Shown here one piece after another: positions 1 to 11,870 of a stretch of DNA of 64,000 nucleotides (its first letter is position 1; each line of letters starts with the position of its first letter). Location of the stretch: assembly GCF_032444005.1 (NCBI RefSeq), contig NC_091285.1, positions 39,618,001 through 39,682,000 on the forward strand. Reading direction: 5' to 3'. Under the pieces are notes generated by a model that saw only the letters and a program-made list of their open reading frames with translations, was not told where the DNA came from and made no database searches. Position numbers and translations under genes: made by a program. Origin of the DNA: Ranitomeya imitator. Its lineage: Eukaryota.

Positions 1-667
1 AAATAATGTTATTTCTCATGGACACACCAGACCGCTTATTCTAAAAAGTTGCCTGAAATTCCAGTTATTCTTTAAATCATTTTAATGCAGTAATTATCAG
101 GAAGGGTTATATTAGAAAATTAACTTTTGTTTAAATCAGGTCTTTAAATGTAGGTATTTTATAATTTATGGGTCATTTTGTTCTCATATCTCAATCTGTA
201 TTACATAAAAAAATAGAAAACTTGCAATTATTATACTGACCACTAGGGCTTTTTTTTTTAGACTCAAACTTCCTGTTGTAACAGGAAATAACACATGTAC
301 ATTATCAACAATGGTCAGACCCCAACTGTATGTTTTGTATTGAGGCGTCTAATGAGTGTGTGCAAAGGTCATTGTGAAGGGGGTGACCTAAAGTTATTGG
401 TGGATCCTGTATTATCAGCTGTTTCCTGTCATTGTAATTCTGACTCTGCTGATAAGTAGACTGCTGAAAATTCTTCCTGAAAAGACAGGAAGTATGACTC
501 TAAAAACAAAAAAAGAAAAGCCCCAGTTTGCAAATCCTCAGTGTCCAACTACCAGGATCCTGCCCAATCCTGAGCATAAAAAGTCTGCAGCTCTTTGGCA
601 TCGGTGGGAAGGCACCCTTCATCACAGTGTTATGGCATAAACTAGTGACATACTGTAAAATTATATA

Positions 668-2290
668 CAGTACAGACCAAAAGTTTGGACACCTTCTCAT
701 TTAAAGATTTTTCTGTATTTTCATGACTATGAAGATTGTACATTCACACTGAAGGCATCAAAACTATGAATTAACACATGTGGAATTATATACTTAACAA
801 AAAAGTGTGAAACAACTGAAAATATGTCTTATATTCTAGGTTCTTCACAGTAGCCACCTTTTCCTTTGATGACTGCTTTGCACACTCTTGGCATTCTCTT
901 GATGAGCTTCAAGAGGCAGTCACCGGGAATGGTTTTCACTTCACAGGTGTGCCCTGTCAGGTTTAATAAGTGGGATTTCTTGCCTTATAAATGGGGTTGG
1001 GACCATCAGTTGTGTTGTGCAGAAGTCTGGTGGATACACAGCTGATAGTCCTACTGAATACACTGTTAAAATTTGTATTATGGCAAGAAAAAAGCAGCTA
1101 AGTAAAGAAAAACGAGTGGCCATCATTACTTTAAGAAATGAAGGTCAGTCAGTCCGAAAAATTGGGAAAACTTTGAAAGTGTCCCCAAGTGCAGTGGCAA
1201 AATCCATCAAGCCTTACAAAGAAACTGGCTCACATGAGGACCGCCCCAGGAAAGGAAGACCAAGAGTCACCTCTGCTTCTGAGGATAAGTTTATCCGAGT
1301 CACCAGCCTCAGAAATCGCAGGATAACAGCAGCTCATATTAGAAACCAGGTCAATGCCACACAGAGTTCTAGCAGCAGACACATCTCTAGAAGAACTGTT
1401 AAGAGGAGACTTTGTGCAGCAGGCCTTCATGGTAAAATAGCTGCTAGGAAACCACTGCTAAGGACAGGCAACAAGCAGAAGAGACTTGTTTGGGCTAAAG
1501 AACACAAGGAATGGACAATAGTCCAGTGGAAATCTGTGCTTTGGTCTGATGAGTCCAAATTTGAGATCTTTGGTTCCAACCACCGTGTCTTTGTGCGACG
1601 CAGAAAAGGTGAACAGATGGACTCTACATGCCTGGTTCCCACCGTGAAGCATGGAGGAGGAGGTGTGATGGTGTGGGGGTGCTTTGCTGGTGACACTGTT
1701 GGGGATTTATTCAAAACTGAAGGCATACTGAACCAGCATGGCTACCACAGCATCTTGCAGCGGCATGCTATTCCATCCGGTTTGCGTTTAGTTGGACCAT
1801 CATTTATTTTTCAACAGGACAATGACCCCAAACACACCTCCAGGCTGTGTAAGGGCTATTTGACCAAGAAGGAGAGTGATGGGGTGCTGCGCCAGATGAC
1901 CTGGCCTCCACAGTCACCAGACCTGAACCCAATCGAGATGGTTTGGGGTGAGCTGGACCGCAGAGTGAAGGCAAAAGGGCCAACAAGTGCTAAGCCTCTC
2001 TGGGAACTCCTTCAAGATTGTTGGAAGACCATTCCCGGTGACTACCTCTTGAAGCTCATCAAGAGAATGCCAAGAGTGTGCAAAGCAGTCATCAAAGCAA
2101 AAGGTGGCTATAGAACCTAGAATATAAGACATATTTTCAGTTGTTTCACACTTTTTTGTTAAGTATATAATTCCACATTTGTTAATTCATAGTTTTGATG
2201 CCTTCAGTGTGAATGTACAATTTTCATAGTCATGAAAATACAGAAAAATCTTTAAATGAGAAGGTGTGTCCAAACTTTTGGTCTGCACTG
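668..2290 (+). mobile_element. Tc1-like DNA transposon, DD38E (Intruder-type), near full length, in an NDST1 intron
   Basis: Starts TA|CAGTACAGACCAAAAGTTTGGACAC and ends GTCCAAACTTTTGGTCTGCACTG. Inverted repeats of about 270 bp (668-937 / 2024-2290) flank a transposase ORF. The right flank reads AA instead of TA. Confidence 0.95.
1080..2120 (+). CDS. Tc1-family transposase with DD38E triad (346 aa from ATG 1080)
   Basis: MARKKQLSKEKR..., GRPR motif, [24 protein letters not shown] count 38 residues between the second D and the E. A 5-bp loss near the end changes YFEEPRI* (seen in the sister copies) to YRT*. Confidence 0.9.
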   Translation: MARKKQLSKEKRVAIITLRNEGQSVRKIGKTLKVSPSAVAKSIKPYKETGSHEDRPRKGRPRVTSASEDKFIRVTSLRNRRITAAHIRNQVNATQSSSSRHISRRTVKRRLCAAGLHGKIAARKPLLRTGNKQKRLVWAKEHKEWTIVQWKSVLWSDESKFEIFGSNHRVFVRRRKGEQMDSTCLVPTVKHGGGGVMVWGCFAGDTVGDLFKTEGILNQHGYHSILQRHAIPSGLRLVGPSFIFQQDNDPKHTSRLCKGYLTKKESDGVLRQMTWPPQSPDLNPIEMVWGELDRRVKAKGPTSAKPLWELLQDCWKTIPGDYLLKLIKRMPRVCKAVIKAKGGYRT

Positions 2291-2682
2291 AATACAAAAT
2301 ATCCCTTTAATTGAAAAAATATTACAAATGGACTAAAAACTACTGAAAAATACCCAGTCACTAAGAGGTTAAGCCATTCGATTTATGAGATCCATTACTT
2401 TTTTTGCACTCGGCCTCATTAAATCAGATCTGTACTTAACATAGAGAGACATTTGGCACTTGAAGGGCTGAGAATTTTCCGCTCTTGACATGTCTAAATG
2501 GCAACTCAAGGATTTTCTATTTTTCACTTAAAACTCTTAATTGACTTTAAAAAAAAAAAAGTTTCCCCCTTCATTTTAACACTTTACAGTTGGCAGCACA
2601 GACATGTAATTAGTGCAATTATCTCAAATGCCTAACACCAGGAAAGACCAGCTCCTTTATTTCTTTCTTATTTTTTTTCCAG

Positions 2683-2785
2683 GTTTGATGCCAAGAAGGG
2701 ATTTTGGTGCCAACTTCTGGATGGCGGGAAAACCAAATGTTTGGGAAAGAGTAAGGGGAGAAAATACCCAGATATGGACTCGGAT
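2683..2785 (+). CDS. NDST1: NDST1 penultimate coding exon (heparan sulfate N-deacetylase/N-sulfotransferase 1)
   Basis: Polypyrimidine tract plus AG at 2681-2682 and GTAAGT at 2786. Encodes [34 protein letters not shown], matching the NDST sulfotransferase C-terminal region. Confidence 0.95.
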
Positions 2786-3947
2786 GTAAGTTTTGAGAAG
2801 TTCCTTGTTACAATTTTTTAGTTTTAGACCCAGTTAAAAGGCTCTGTTCTGGTCTTGGGCTATACAAGGAAAGTGTTAAAGGGGTTATTCAGAACTATTT
2901 TTTTATTTTTTATAAAACTAACAGAAGCAACCACCTGTCAGTTCTGCCCGGCAACGGCTCAGAGGAGTCACCAACCGCTCCTGCCAACGATTCAGCTGCT
3001 CCACATCAACAGAACAGCTCTTCCTCTTCCAGGCTGCTCTGTTGACTGGGCATGACAGCCAAAGTCATGCTGATTGACAGCGTGCTCCCCGCCGTGTTAT
3101 GTAGTCATGCCCTCCAACAGATCAGAGCGGAAGAGAAGCTGCTGCTTTATTGAAGTGACTTCAGTGGAAGCAGCTGAATCGCTGGCAGGAGTGGTCTGTG
3201 ACCACTGGAGGTATCTTCTATGAAAACAAGCATGGAAACAATACCATGCTTGGCCTTCTCCCACCACTGGCCCCATTGGTCTCTAGGACACGTTAATGGG
3301 TCTACCAAAGATAGCTGAGATCTTGACAATTTCTGGAAGTTCTGTAGAGAATTAATAAAGTTAAATTCGCATGACCTACCTCCACTCCATTCAGACCGTA
3401 GAGCCTCATACTTGGAATCGTTGGGGGTCTCAACGGTCAGATTAGCAGCGATGAATAAGTTATTCCATATCCATGTTATTCTGCAGCTATTAGAGTTATG
3501 AGTTTATGTAGTCCATGCTCCTTTAGAAGATCCTTTCAACTGCTGCCCGACAAGATCTTTATCCTATATTGAAACAGTCAGTGTAAGGGAATTCACCAGT
3601 CTAAGCCTCTGCTTCCAACTAAGTACTCCGACAGCAGGATTTCCCCTACACAGACTGTTTTAATGTTGTGTATGGATCATTACTGAGCAGCAGTTGGAAG
3701 CGGCTTCTAAAGGACCATGAACCAGACATTGAAACAGCTTGTGCTTGGAAGATAAAGAAGCAAAATTAGATTATGAAGTATGCTACAAAAATTATATCCT
3801 TTCACTGCCTGGAGAAAAAATAAATTAAAAAGATTTGATTTAAAAAAAAAAAAAATGTGTTAGGAAGTCTAGAAAATGTCTAGCCAAAGAAAAGACTGTG
3901 TGAAGACCTTTGTCGGCCATGCGCTACGTAGCGTTATTTCTTCTTGA

Positions 3948-4091
<144 letters not shown>

Positions 4092-4377
4092 CTGTTGGCT
4101 GCTGCTTTTAGGAAGAGGACAAAGTCTCAAGAATTTGACCAAGTAGTTACGGCATCAAGGAACTCAAGGCCTATGCGCTTGGCAAGTGACTTCCATGAAA
4201 AGACATCGACATTGACGTCCTTTACTCCTGAAGGCATCACACACAGCATCGGACATGCAGCCTGAAGGGCCTGTTTTAGAGGCCTGGTTTATATTGTGTA
4301 GGATCCTCTGCTTTCTAGGGTCTTACAAATTTGTGTGACTGTTGTAAACTTGGACTCAACCACTTCTTAAAAGTATT

Positions 4378-4383
4378 AATAAA
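4378..4383 (+). terminator. Candidate NDST1 polyadenylation signal
   Basis: First AATAAA after the NDST1 stop codon. The true 3' UTR may be much longer. Confidence 0.3.
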
Positions 4384-4904
4384 TGAGCCCCAATGACATG
4401 GGCAAGATGTAAATCTTGGATAGGTCTGGAATCGAACTGTCCAACAACGTGAGCTGGTGTCCAAAATCCCTCTGTACTGGAAGTGCCACTAAGCTATGAA
4501 ATACCATGTATTTCAGGAATATTTCCCCGTCTTCCCACAGAGAGACTTATTTTCCAAGATGCTTCTTGGAATCGCGTAGATAACTGAATGTGATATTTGG
4601 TTGAGTGAAATCCTTATTATTCATGTAATTAGTGTACAGTTTGGTGCAAGCAGTGTATTGAGCTATTTTCTGATTAACGCGCCTCATACGGCAGCACTAG
4701 CGGACACAGGTACGAAAGCTTTTAAAGGGGTTCTAAACACCTAAATTATGCTCCCAAAAGAAAAAAATATATGAAATCCTCAATATCTTACAGCATTGTA
4801 ATGTACAGCCAGTCACTAAATGAGAAGCGCTCTCTTCCCCTCTCACAGCAGGAAGGCCCAGCACTAATTAGTTACCGAGTAAAATCAAGCTTTGTAACGA
4901 AATA

Positions 4905-5504
4905 CCGTATTTTTCGGACCATAAGACGCACCCCAAATTTAAAAAAAGTATAATGTAAAAATGGGGGTCTGTCCTATAGTCCGAATGTGGCTTACGGGGG
5001 GTGGGGTTGTGGTAGTGGAACAGGGTCATAGCAGGCAGGAAGTCAGCGGCGGCATGAGTGGGGTGATGCTGCGGGCCCTGTGCTAAGAGGAGGAGGTGTC
5101 CCGGCAGTGCGAGGCAGGAGCCATTGATCTCCCGGCGGTAGGCTTGAGTAAAATGTCGGCGCTGCGAAGCCGGAGCAGAGTCACCACTCTGCACATTGGG
5201 TGGGCTTCAGGAAAATGCACAGATTGAGATCTTGGCTCATTGAGTCGGCATTTTACTGAAGTCCGCTACCGGGAAATCAATTGATCCTACCTCACTTCAC
5301 CAAGACACCCCCTCAGCCCGGGGCTTGCAGCATCGCCCCACTCCTGCCGATGCCAGCTTCCTGCAGAGGTAACCCTGCCTCCTGTGACCGCATACCACCA
5401 CCGCCCCTACCCCACCGTAAGCTACATTCGGACTATAAGACTCACCCTCATTTGCCTCCCAAATTTGTGGCAAAAAAGTGCTTCTTATAGTCCGAAAACC
5501 ACAA
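4905..5504. mobile_element. Non-autonomous pogo/Tc2-type element
   Basis: TA|CCGTATTTTTCGGACCATAAGACGCAC at the left end and degenerate inverse CTTATAGTCCGAAAA at the right end. No ORF. Confidence 0.55.
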
Positions 5505-5685
5505 TACTTGTTTCTCCATTTCTTTAACGGCACAGGAATGGCACATGTCAGGTGTGGGTGCATGAAGCGCTGGCCCTGCTTCACAAGCGACAGGAGCTAG
5601 CTCTGATAGCTGCTGTTTAACACCTTAAGTACTGCTGTCCATTACTGACATTTAAAGGGATTATCTGTTGAAAACAAGTTATTAC

Positions 5686-5903
5686 TAGTGATGAGCGAGT
5701 ATACTCATTGCTCAGGTTTTCCCGTGCATGCTCGGGTGGTCTCCCGAGTATTAGTGACTGCTCGGGGATTTAGTTTTCATCACGGCCGAAAATTATGCAG
5801 CTGCGGTGATGAAAACTAAATCTCCGAGCAGTCATTAATACTCGGGAGACCACCTGAGCCTGCTGGGGTAAACCCAAGCAATGAGTATACTCGCTCATCA
5901 CTA
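5686..5903. mobile_element. Palindromic MITE, probably hAT-derived
   Basis: TAGTGATGAGCGAGTATACTC ... GAGTATACTCGCTCATCACTA with a largely palindromic body. No clean 8-bp TSD. Confidence 0.65.
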
Positions 5904-5913
5904 GTATCACCTA

Positions 5914-7565
5914 CAGTTAGGGCCAGAAATATTTGGACAGTAACACAATTTTCGCGAGTTGGGTTCTGCATGCCACCACATTGGATTTGAAATGAAACCT
6001 CTACAACTGAATTCAAGTGCAGATTGTAACGTTTAATTTGAAGGGTTGAACAAAAATATCTGATAGAAAATGTAGGAATTGTACACATTTCTTTACAAAC
6101 ACTCCACATTTTAGGAGGTCAAAAGTAATTGGACAAATAAACATAACCCAAACAAAATATTTTTAATTTCAATATTTTGTTGCAAATCCTTTGGAGGCAA
6201 TCACTGCCTTAAGTCTGGAACCCATGGACATCACCAAACACTGGGTTTCCTCCTTCTTAATGCTTTGCCAGGCCTTTACAGCCGCAGCCTTCAGGTCTTG
6301 CTTGTTTGTGGGTCTTTCCGTCTTAAGTCTGGATTTGAGCAAGTGAAATGCATGCTCAATTGGGTTTAGATCTGGAGATTGACTTGGCCATTGCAGAATG
6401 TTCCACTTTTTGGCACTCATGAACTCCTGGGTAGCTTTGGCTGTATGCTTGGGGTCATTGTCCATCTGTACTATGAAGCGCCGTCCAATCAACTTTGCAG
6501 CATTTGGCTGAATCTGGGCTGAAAGTATATCCCGGTACACTTCAGAATTCATCCGGCTACTCTTGTCTGCTCTTATGTCATCAATAAACACAAGTGACCC
6601 AGTGCCATTGAAAGCCATGCATGCCCATGCCATCACGTTGCCTCCACCATGTTTTACAGAGGATGTGGTGTGCCTTGGATCATGTGCCGTTCCCTTTCTT
6701 CTCCAAACTTTTTTCTTCCCATCATTCTGGTACAGGTTGATCTTTGTCTCATCTGTCCATAGAATACTTTTCCAGAACTGAGCTGGCTTCTTGAGGTGTT
6801 TTTCTGCAAATTTAACTCTGGCCTGTCTATTTTTGGTATTGATGAATGGTTTGCATCTAGATGTGAACCCTTTGTATTTACTGTCATGGAGTCTTCTCTT
6901 TACTGTTGACTTAGAGACAGATACACCTACTTCACTGAGAGTGTTCTGGACTTCAGTTGATGTTGTGAACGGGTTCTTCTTCACCAAATTAAGTATGCGG
7001 CGATCATCCACCACTGTTGTCATCCGTGGACGCCCAGGCCTTTTTGAGTTCCCAAGCTCACCAGTCAATTCCTTTTTTCTCAGAATGTACCCAACTGTTG
7101 ATTTAGCTACTCCAAGCATGTCTGCTATCTCTCTGATGGATTTTTTCTTTTTTTTCAGCCTCAGGATGTTCTGCTTCACCTCAATTGAGAGTTCCTTTGA
7201 CCGCATGTTGTCTGCTCACAGCAACAGCTTCCAAATGCAAAACCACACACCTGGAATCCACCCCTGACCTTTTAACTACTTCATTGATTACAGGTTAACG
7301 AGGGAGACGCCTTCAGAGTTAATTGCAGCCCTTAGAGTCCATTGTCCAATTACTTTTGGTCCCTTGAAAAAGAGGACGCTATGCATTACAGAGATATGAT
7401 TCCTAAACCCTTTCTCCGATTTGGATGTGGAAACTATCATATTGCAGCTGGGAGTGTGCACTTTCAGCCCATATTACATATATAATTTTATTTCTGAACA
7501 TGTTTTTGTAAACAGCTAAAATAACAAAACTTGTGTCACTGTCCAAATATTTCTGGCCCTAACTG
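5914..7565 (-). mobile_element. Intact Tc1 DD34E transposon
   Basis: Perfect 28-bp TIR CAGTTAGGGCCAGAAATATTTGGACAGT at both ends, TA on both flanks, inner inverted repeat AAAAGTAATTGGACAA (~6121 and ~7345), uninterrupted ORF. Confidence 0.95.
6169..7206 (-). CDS. Tc1 transposase, DD34E, 345 aa, apparently intact
   Basis: MRSKELS... paired-like [29 protein letters not shown] (34-residue spacing), ends KGFATKY*. Confidence 0.93.
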   Translation of the reverse strand: MRSKELSIEVKQNILRLKKKKKSIREIADMLGVAKSTVGYILRKKELTGELGNSKRPGRPRMTTVVDDRRILNLVKKNPFTTSTEVQNTLSEVGVSVSKSTVKRRLHDSKYKGFTSRCKPFINTKNRQARVKFAEKHLKKPAQFWKSILWTDETKINLYQNDGKKKVWRRKGTAHDPRHTTSSVKHGGGNVMAWACMAFNGTGSLVFIDDIRADKSSRMNSEVYRDILSAQIQPNAAKLIGRRFIVQMDNDPKHTAKATQEFMSAKKWNILQWPSQSPDLNPIEHAFHLLKSRLKTERPTNKQDLKAAAVKAWQSIKKEETQCLVMSMGSRLKAVIASKGFATKY

Positions 7566-7794
7566 TATCTGAAGGATTGTTGGGAGTCTGACAGATGAGA
7601 CCAGCAGGAAAGGGCACCGTTATACCACTAAATTGGTGTGGCAGTGCACATTCTCATCCACTGCTTCATTCACTCCCTATGGGGCCGCTGAGCACTGTGC
7701 TTGGATTTTTCTGGCAGCCCCATACAGTATAAATTGCACTCTGGTCAGGCGTCCCCATTTTGTAGCAGGGTTAAAAGTGCCCCATGAGGACTAA

Positions 7795-8118
7795 GACTAT
7801 GTGCACACGTTGCGGATTTGGCTGCGGATTCGCAGCAGTTTTTCATGCGTTGTACAGTACCATGTAAACGTATGAAAAACGAAATCCGCAGTGCACATGG
7901 TGCGGAAAAAACGCACGGAAACGTAGCGTTGTTTATTCCGCAGCATGTCAACTCTTTGTGCAGATTCCGCAGCGGTTTACACCTGCTCCATAATAGGAAT
8001 CCGCAGGTGTAAAAACACAGGAGGAATCCGCACAAACCCACGGTAAATCCGCAGTGCGGATTTTGCAAAAACAGTGCGGAAAAATCCGCATACCAATCCG
8101 CAACGTGTGCACATAGCC
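7795..8118. mobile_element. PIF/Harbinger-type MITE
   Basis: TIR G(A/G)CTATGTGCACACGTTGCGG with 3-bp TAA duplication (7792-7794, 8119-8121). Confidence 0.85.
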
Positions 8119-8324
8119 TAAACATTCCCCTTTCTGCTGATCGGTGTTTGTACCAGAAGCTGAAGCCCCGACTAATCAGCAAGTTGTCACCTATCCTGTG
8201 AACAACCCCTTTAATTAAAGTGATGCTAACAGGAAGGTGCTTCGATTTGAGCCCCCATTGTTTGCTCCCAAAGTAATTGCAGGGAGCCGATGTAAGAACC
8301 GAAATTTGCCTACATACTACAGTT

Positions 8325-8609
8325 AATAATAATAATAATAATCTTTATTTTTATATAGCGCTAACATATTCCGCAGCGCTTTACAGTTTTGCACACATTA
8401 TCATCACTGTCCCCGATGGGGCTCACAATCTAGAATCCCTATCAGTATGTCTTTGGAATGTGGGAGGAAACCGGAGAACCCAGAGGAAACCCACGCAAAC
8501 ACGGAGAGAACATACAAACTCTTTGCAGATGTTGTCCAAGGAGGGATTAGAACCCAGGACCCCAGCGCTGCAAGGCTGCTGTGCTAACCACTGCGCCACC
8601 GTGCTGCCC
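8325..8609 (-). mobile_element. tRNA-derived SINE (V-SINE-like) with L2-type tail
   Basis: Minus strand: tRNA-like head GGGCAGCACGGTGGCGCAGTGGTTAGCAC, central TTTGCGTGGGTTTCC...CCGGTTTCCTCCCAC domain, tail TGTAAAGCGCTGCGG and (ATT)n. Confidence 0.85.
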
Positions 8610-8749
8610 GTTACAGTTCTGCATTATATAGAACAAGCCATCGAAGGTTCAAAGAGGACTAAACAAAGTTACAAAAATAGTTGTTGTTTTTTTTTTTTTT
8701 TTTTTAAAAAGCAACCTTTTCCCCAGGCCAAATAAAAAAAAACAAAAAA

Positions 8750-9190
8750 AAAAACACGCTATTTGGTATTGTCGCATCCACAAAAGTTTGTTCTATCATA
8801 ATAAATTATTTAACCTGTACAGTAAATGCCATAAATCAAAAACAACAACACCAGAATTGCTATTTTTCATTTGCGGCACCTTCACAAAAAATGCAATAAA
8901 AAGTGATCAAAATGTCATATGTGCCCTAAAATAATATCATTAAAAACTCCAGATCGCCATGCAAAAAAATACAAGCTGTCACACCGCTCAATGGATGTAA
9001 AAGTTAAAAAAAGTTACGGGTCTCCGAAAATTGGCGTCACAATTTTACAAAGTTCAGAATTTTTTTTAACCACTAAATTTTTAAAAAAAAATTTATATTT
9101 ATTTGGTATTGCCGTAGTCGTATTGAACTGGAGAATAATGCAACCAGTTTATTTTTACCGCACAATGAACACTAAAACTACAAAAAACCC
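8750..9190. repeat. Degenerate remnant related to the internal region of the large TTAA elements
   Basis: Diverged matches such as AATAAAAAGTGATCAAAA and TTTGGTATTG to 16440-17100. Boundaries approximate. Confidence 0.4.
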
Positions 9191-10199
9191 CAAAAATGTT
9201 TACAACCCCTTTAAAAAAAAATGGTAGGGCCTCTCCAAAGATGGCCGATAGCATCCCGAAACATTTGCCCAATTTTGAAGAATGAGTCTTCAGACTTTGC
9301 CGTCATGGGAATCTGACTAGAATACACTGTAGCAATAATAATCAGGGATTCTGTGATGTAAAGTCACGTATGATTGCAAGCTTTCAGGACAGAATGGCGA
9401 CTGGTGACTCTAGATGGGAAGTGTCCCAGCATGCAATGCTCTCGTAGTATAGCTCAGAGTTCACATATTCGCCAAATTCTGCTCTTTATTCCCTGTGTAC
9501 ATCGTCATTGGATTTTCTTTATACATTTGCTGGTCCTTTAACCACTCTTGACACTGAGGACTAATAATGTTTTTTTTTCTTTTAAAGGTGCAGTCCCACT
9601 TTTCTATACGTGCTGCGGTTATAACTGAGCTGCTCAGTAAAATATTCCATTTCAATGTTATTTTTTTTTAATCAAATTTTGGATTTAGGCTGGTGCTACG
9701 TGATAATTTTTGGACACGTCCAAAAATCGCTACTTCATAGTTTAATGCAGGAGGATGGGCTTGAACCACGACCCACAGGGCACTGCAACCGTGACAAGCA
9801 AGTTGCAAAAAATCTGCCTATTTGGTTTTGGCCTTTGTGGTTTACTCTAAGGGTCGCAATGGAACCCCGTTCACCTGCATTATACTTAAGTGGTAGCTGC
9901 ACAGAGTAAAGTTGCGCTGTAGCCCCACCGAATGCGGTCGATAAAGCTCTTTCCGTGTAATCGATATTATTATGAACTTTTTCTTCCTTTTATAGCATTG
10001 TTTTAGATCTTGTCCCCTTCTCTTATTAACCATGTGGTAATGTCATTAAATGGAATGAAATGAAAGTTAATCTGGTACCAATAATTTGGGGTGAGATGGA
10101 GCGCCAGCTATACAACCCTCAGTAATGCTTGTAAAGTAGTCAAAATAAAGTGTCTTATGTATGGTAATAAATACTGGTGGTACCGCTCCATGTGCCATC

Positions 10200-10500
10200 T
10201 TGGATTTCTACAAGATTTCGGAGGTGTCTGTGGGAATTTTTGCCCATTCATCCAGAAGAGCATTTGTGAGGTCAGACATTGAGAACAGATGAAAGGCCGG
10301 ACTCACAATCTCAGTCCTAGTTCATCCCAAAGGTGTTGAACGGGATTAAATTCCGGGCTCTGTGCGACAGGTCACGGCTTTCGCACCAAATTTCCCCAAC
10401 CATGTCTTTATAGACCTTTCCTTGTGCTCTGGGTACAGTTATGGATAACAGAAGAGGTCCTTCCCCAAACTGTTCCTACAAAGTTAAAAGTAAACAATTG
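10200..10500 (-). mobile_element. Degraded Tc1 transposase 3' fragment
   Basis: Minus strand resembles the eroded catalytic C-terminus (…PDLNP…HLWDEL… region). Boundaries approximate. Confidence 0.5.
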
Positions 10501-10530
10501 TCCAAAATGTCTTCTATACTGAAGTATTAA

Positions 10531-10910
10531 AGAGGCCGTCCACTACTCGGACAACCCCTTCTCAATCGCTATATTTCCGCTTGTAAAATAAAAACCTCCT
10601 GTACTCAACATTCCGGGTGTCCCAGGGATTGCATGACACTGTCACGTGATCCCTGCATCCAATCAGCGGCTGTTCACTCTCACTTCCTTGGGACATAAAT
10701 GACATCTTGAGGAAATCAGAACAGCAGCAACTCTAACTTCTTCCAAGTGTTAATTTTGTCCGAAGAAACTGAACAGTGGCTAATTGGTTGGAGAGCTCAC
10801 TTGACATAAAAATGTCACACAAGCCTCGAGAGACACAGTATCGGCGCCTGATATATGTAGGGGGAGGATTTACTTTCCAGGAGAGAATATTTTGTAGTGG
10901 ACAACCTTTT
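10531..10910. mobile_element. T2/Kolobok-type MITE
   Basis: TTAA|AGAGGCCGTCCACTAC ... GTAGTGGACAACCTTTT|TTAA. Confidence 0.6.
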
Positions 10911-11302
10911 TTAAGATTCCCCTTCACTGCAACTAAGGGGCCTATGTCAAACCCTGAAAAACAATATACGTTAATACCATTATCCCTCCTCCAACAAACT
11001 TTACAGCTGACACAATGTAGTCAGGCGGGTGATGTTCTGGAATTCACCAAAAACAGACTCCAGATAGAGAAGTGTGAACCGTCACTAGACGGCACATTTC
11101 CGCCATTATCCAGTGGTGGCGGAAACTGTGAAACTTTACATTTTTGTTCAGTGTACATAGGAGTAAATAATATGAGTGTATCTGTAACCACCACTGGAGA
11201 AAAAAACATTTTTCATGAGCTGAACTCAAAGTTCTGAGACTTTTATCTCAGGACAAAAGTCCTTTTTCTGTCAAATATGGTCACAAATTTGTGTAAATTT
11301 GT

Positions 11303-11870
11303 TGTCAAGACTCCGTGACTGATATACCGGTCAGTGCAGGGGTCCTGATTCAGGTCGGGCACGACGAGACTGCGCAGAGCCCGGAGGGAGCTGACCGCCG
11401 GCCAGCAGGACCTGCGGCATGTGACTTGCCAAAGGCGGACCCGGGGCAGGGCCAGCCACAACACTCCAGGAGGGAGTCGCTGAGCGTGACGGGGACCTGC
11501 TGGAAGGCAAGGTGGTAAGGGGCGCCAATGAGCGCTAAACAGGAGGGACGTCAAAGTCAGGCCAAGAGTCAAAACCGTACAAGGGGTATAGATGGGAGAT
11601 TAGTCAGGGACGTAGCTGAAGTCGGAAACCAGGAACACACACAGTACCAAACCAGAAGACGAGAGCAACGGTAAACGGACCGGGTCAACAGCAGGGAATC
11701 GGACAAGGCAGGCACCGACAGGGGGTCAACTAACTCAGCCGAGGGCAGAAGTATAACTGACAAGGAATGGAGCCGGACAGCAGTCATATAAACCCCTCCC
11801 AGAGCCAAGGAGAGGCTCCAAGTATTAACCCCTGGAGCACCGGCCCGCAGATTCGGAACAGAACATGACA
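11303..11870 (-). mobile_element. Solo LTR (probably Gypsy-type)
   Basis: TGTCA...TGACA termini, 5-bp flanks TTTGT/TCTGT (one mismatch), TATA-like TTTATAT on the minus strand. It splits the Tc1 TIR. Confidence 0.75.
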
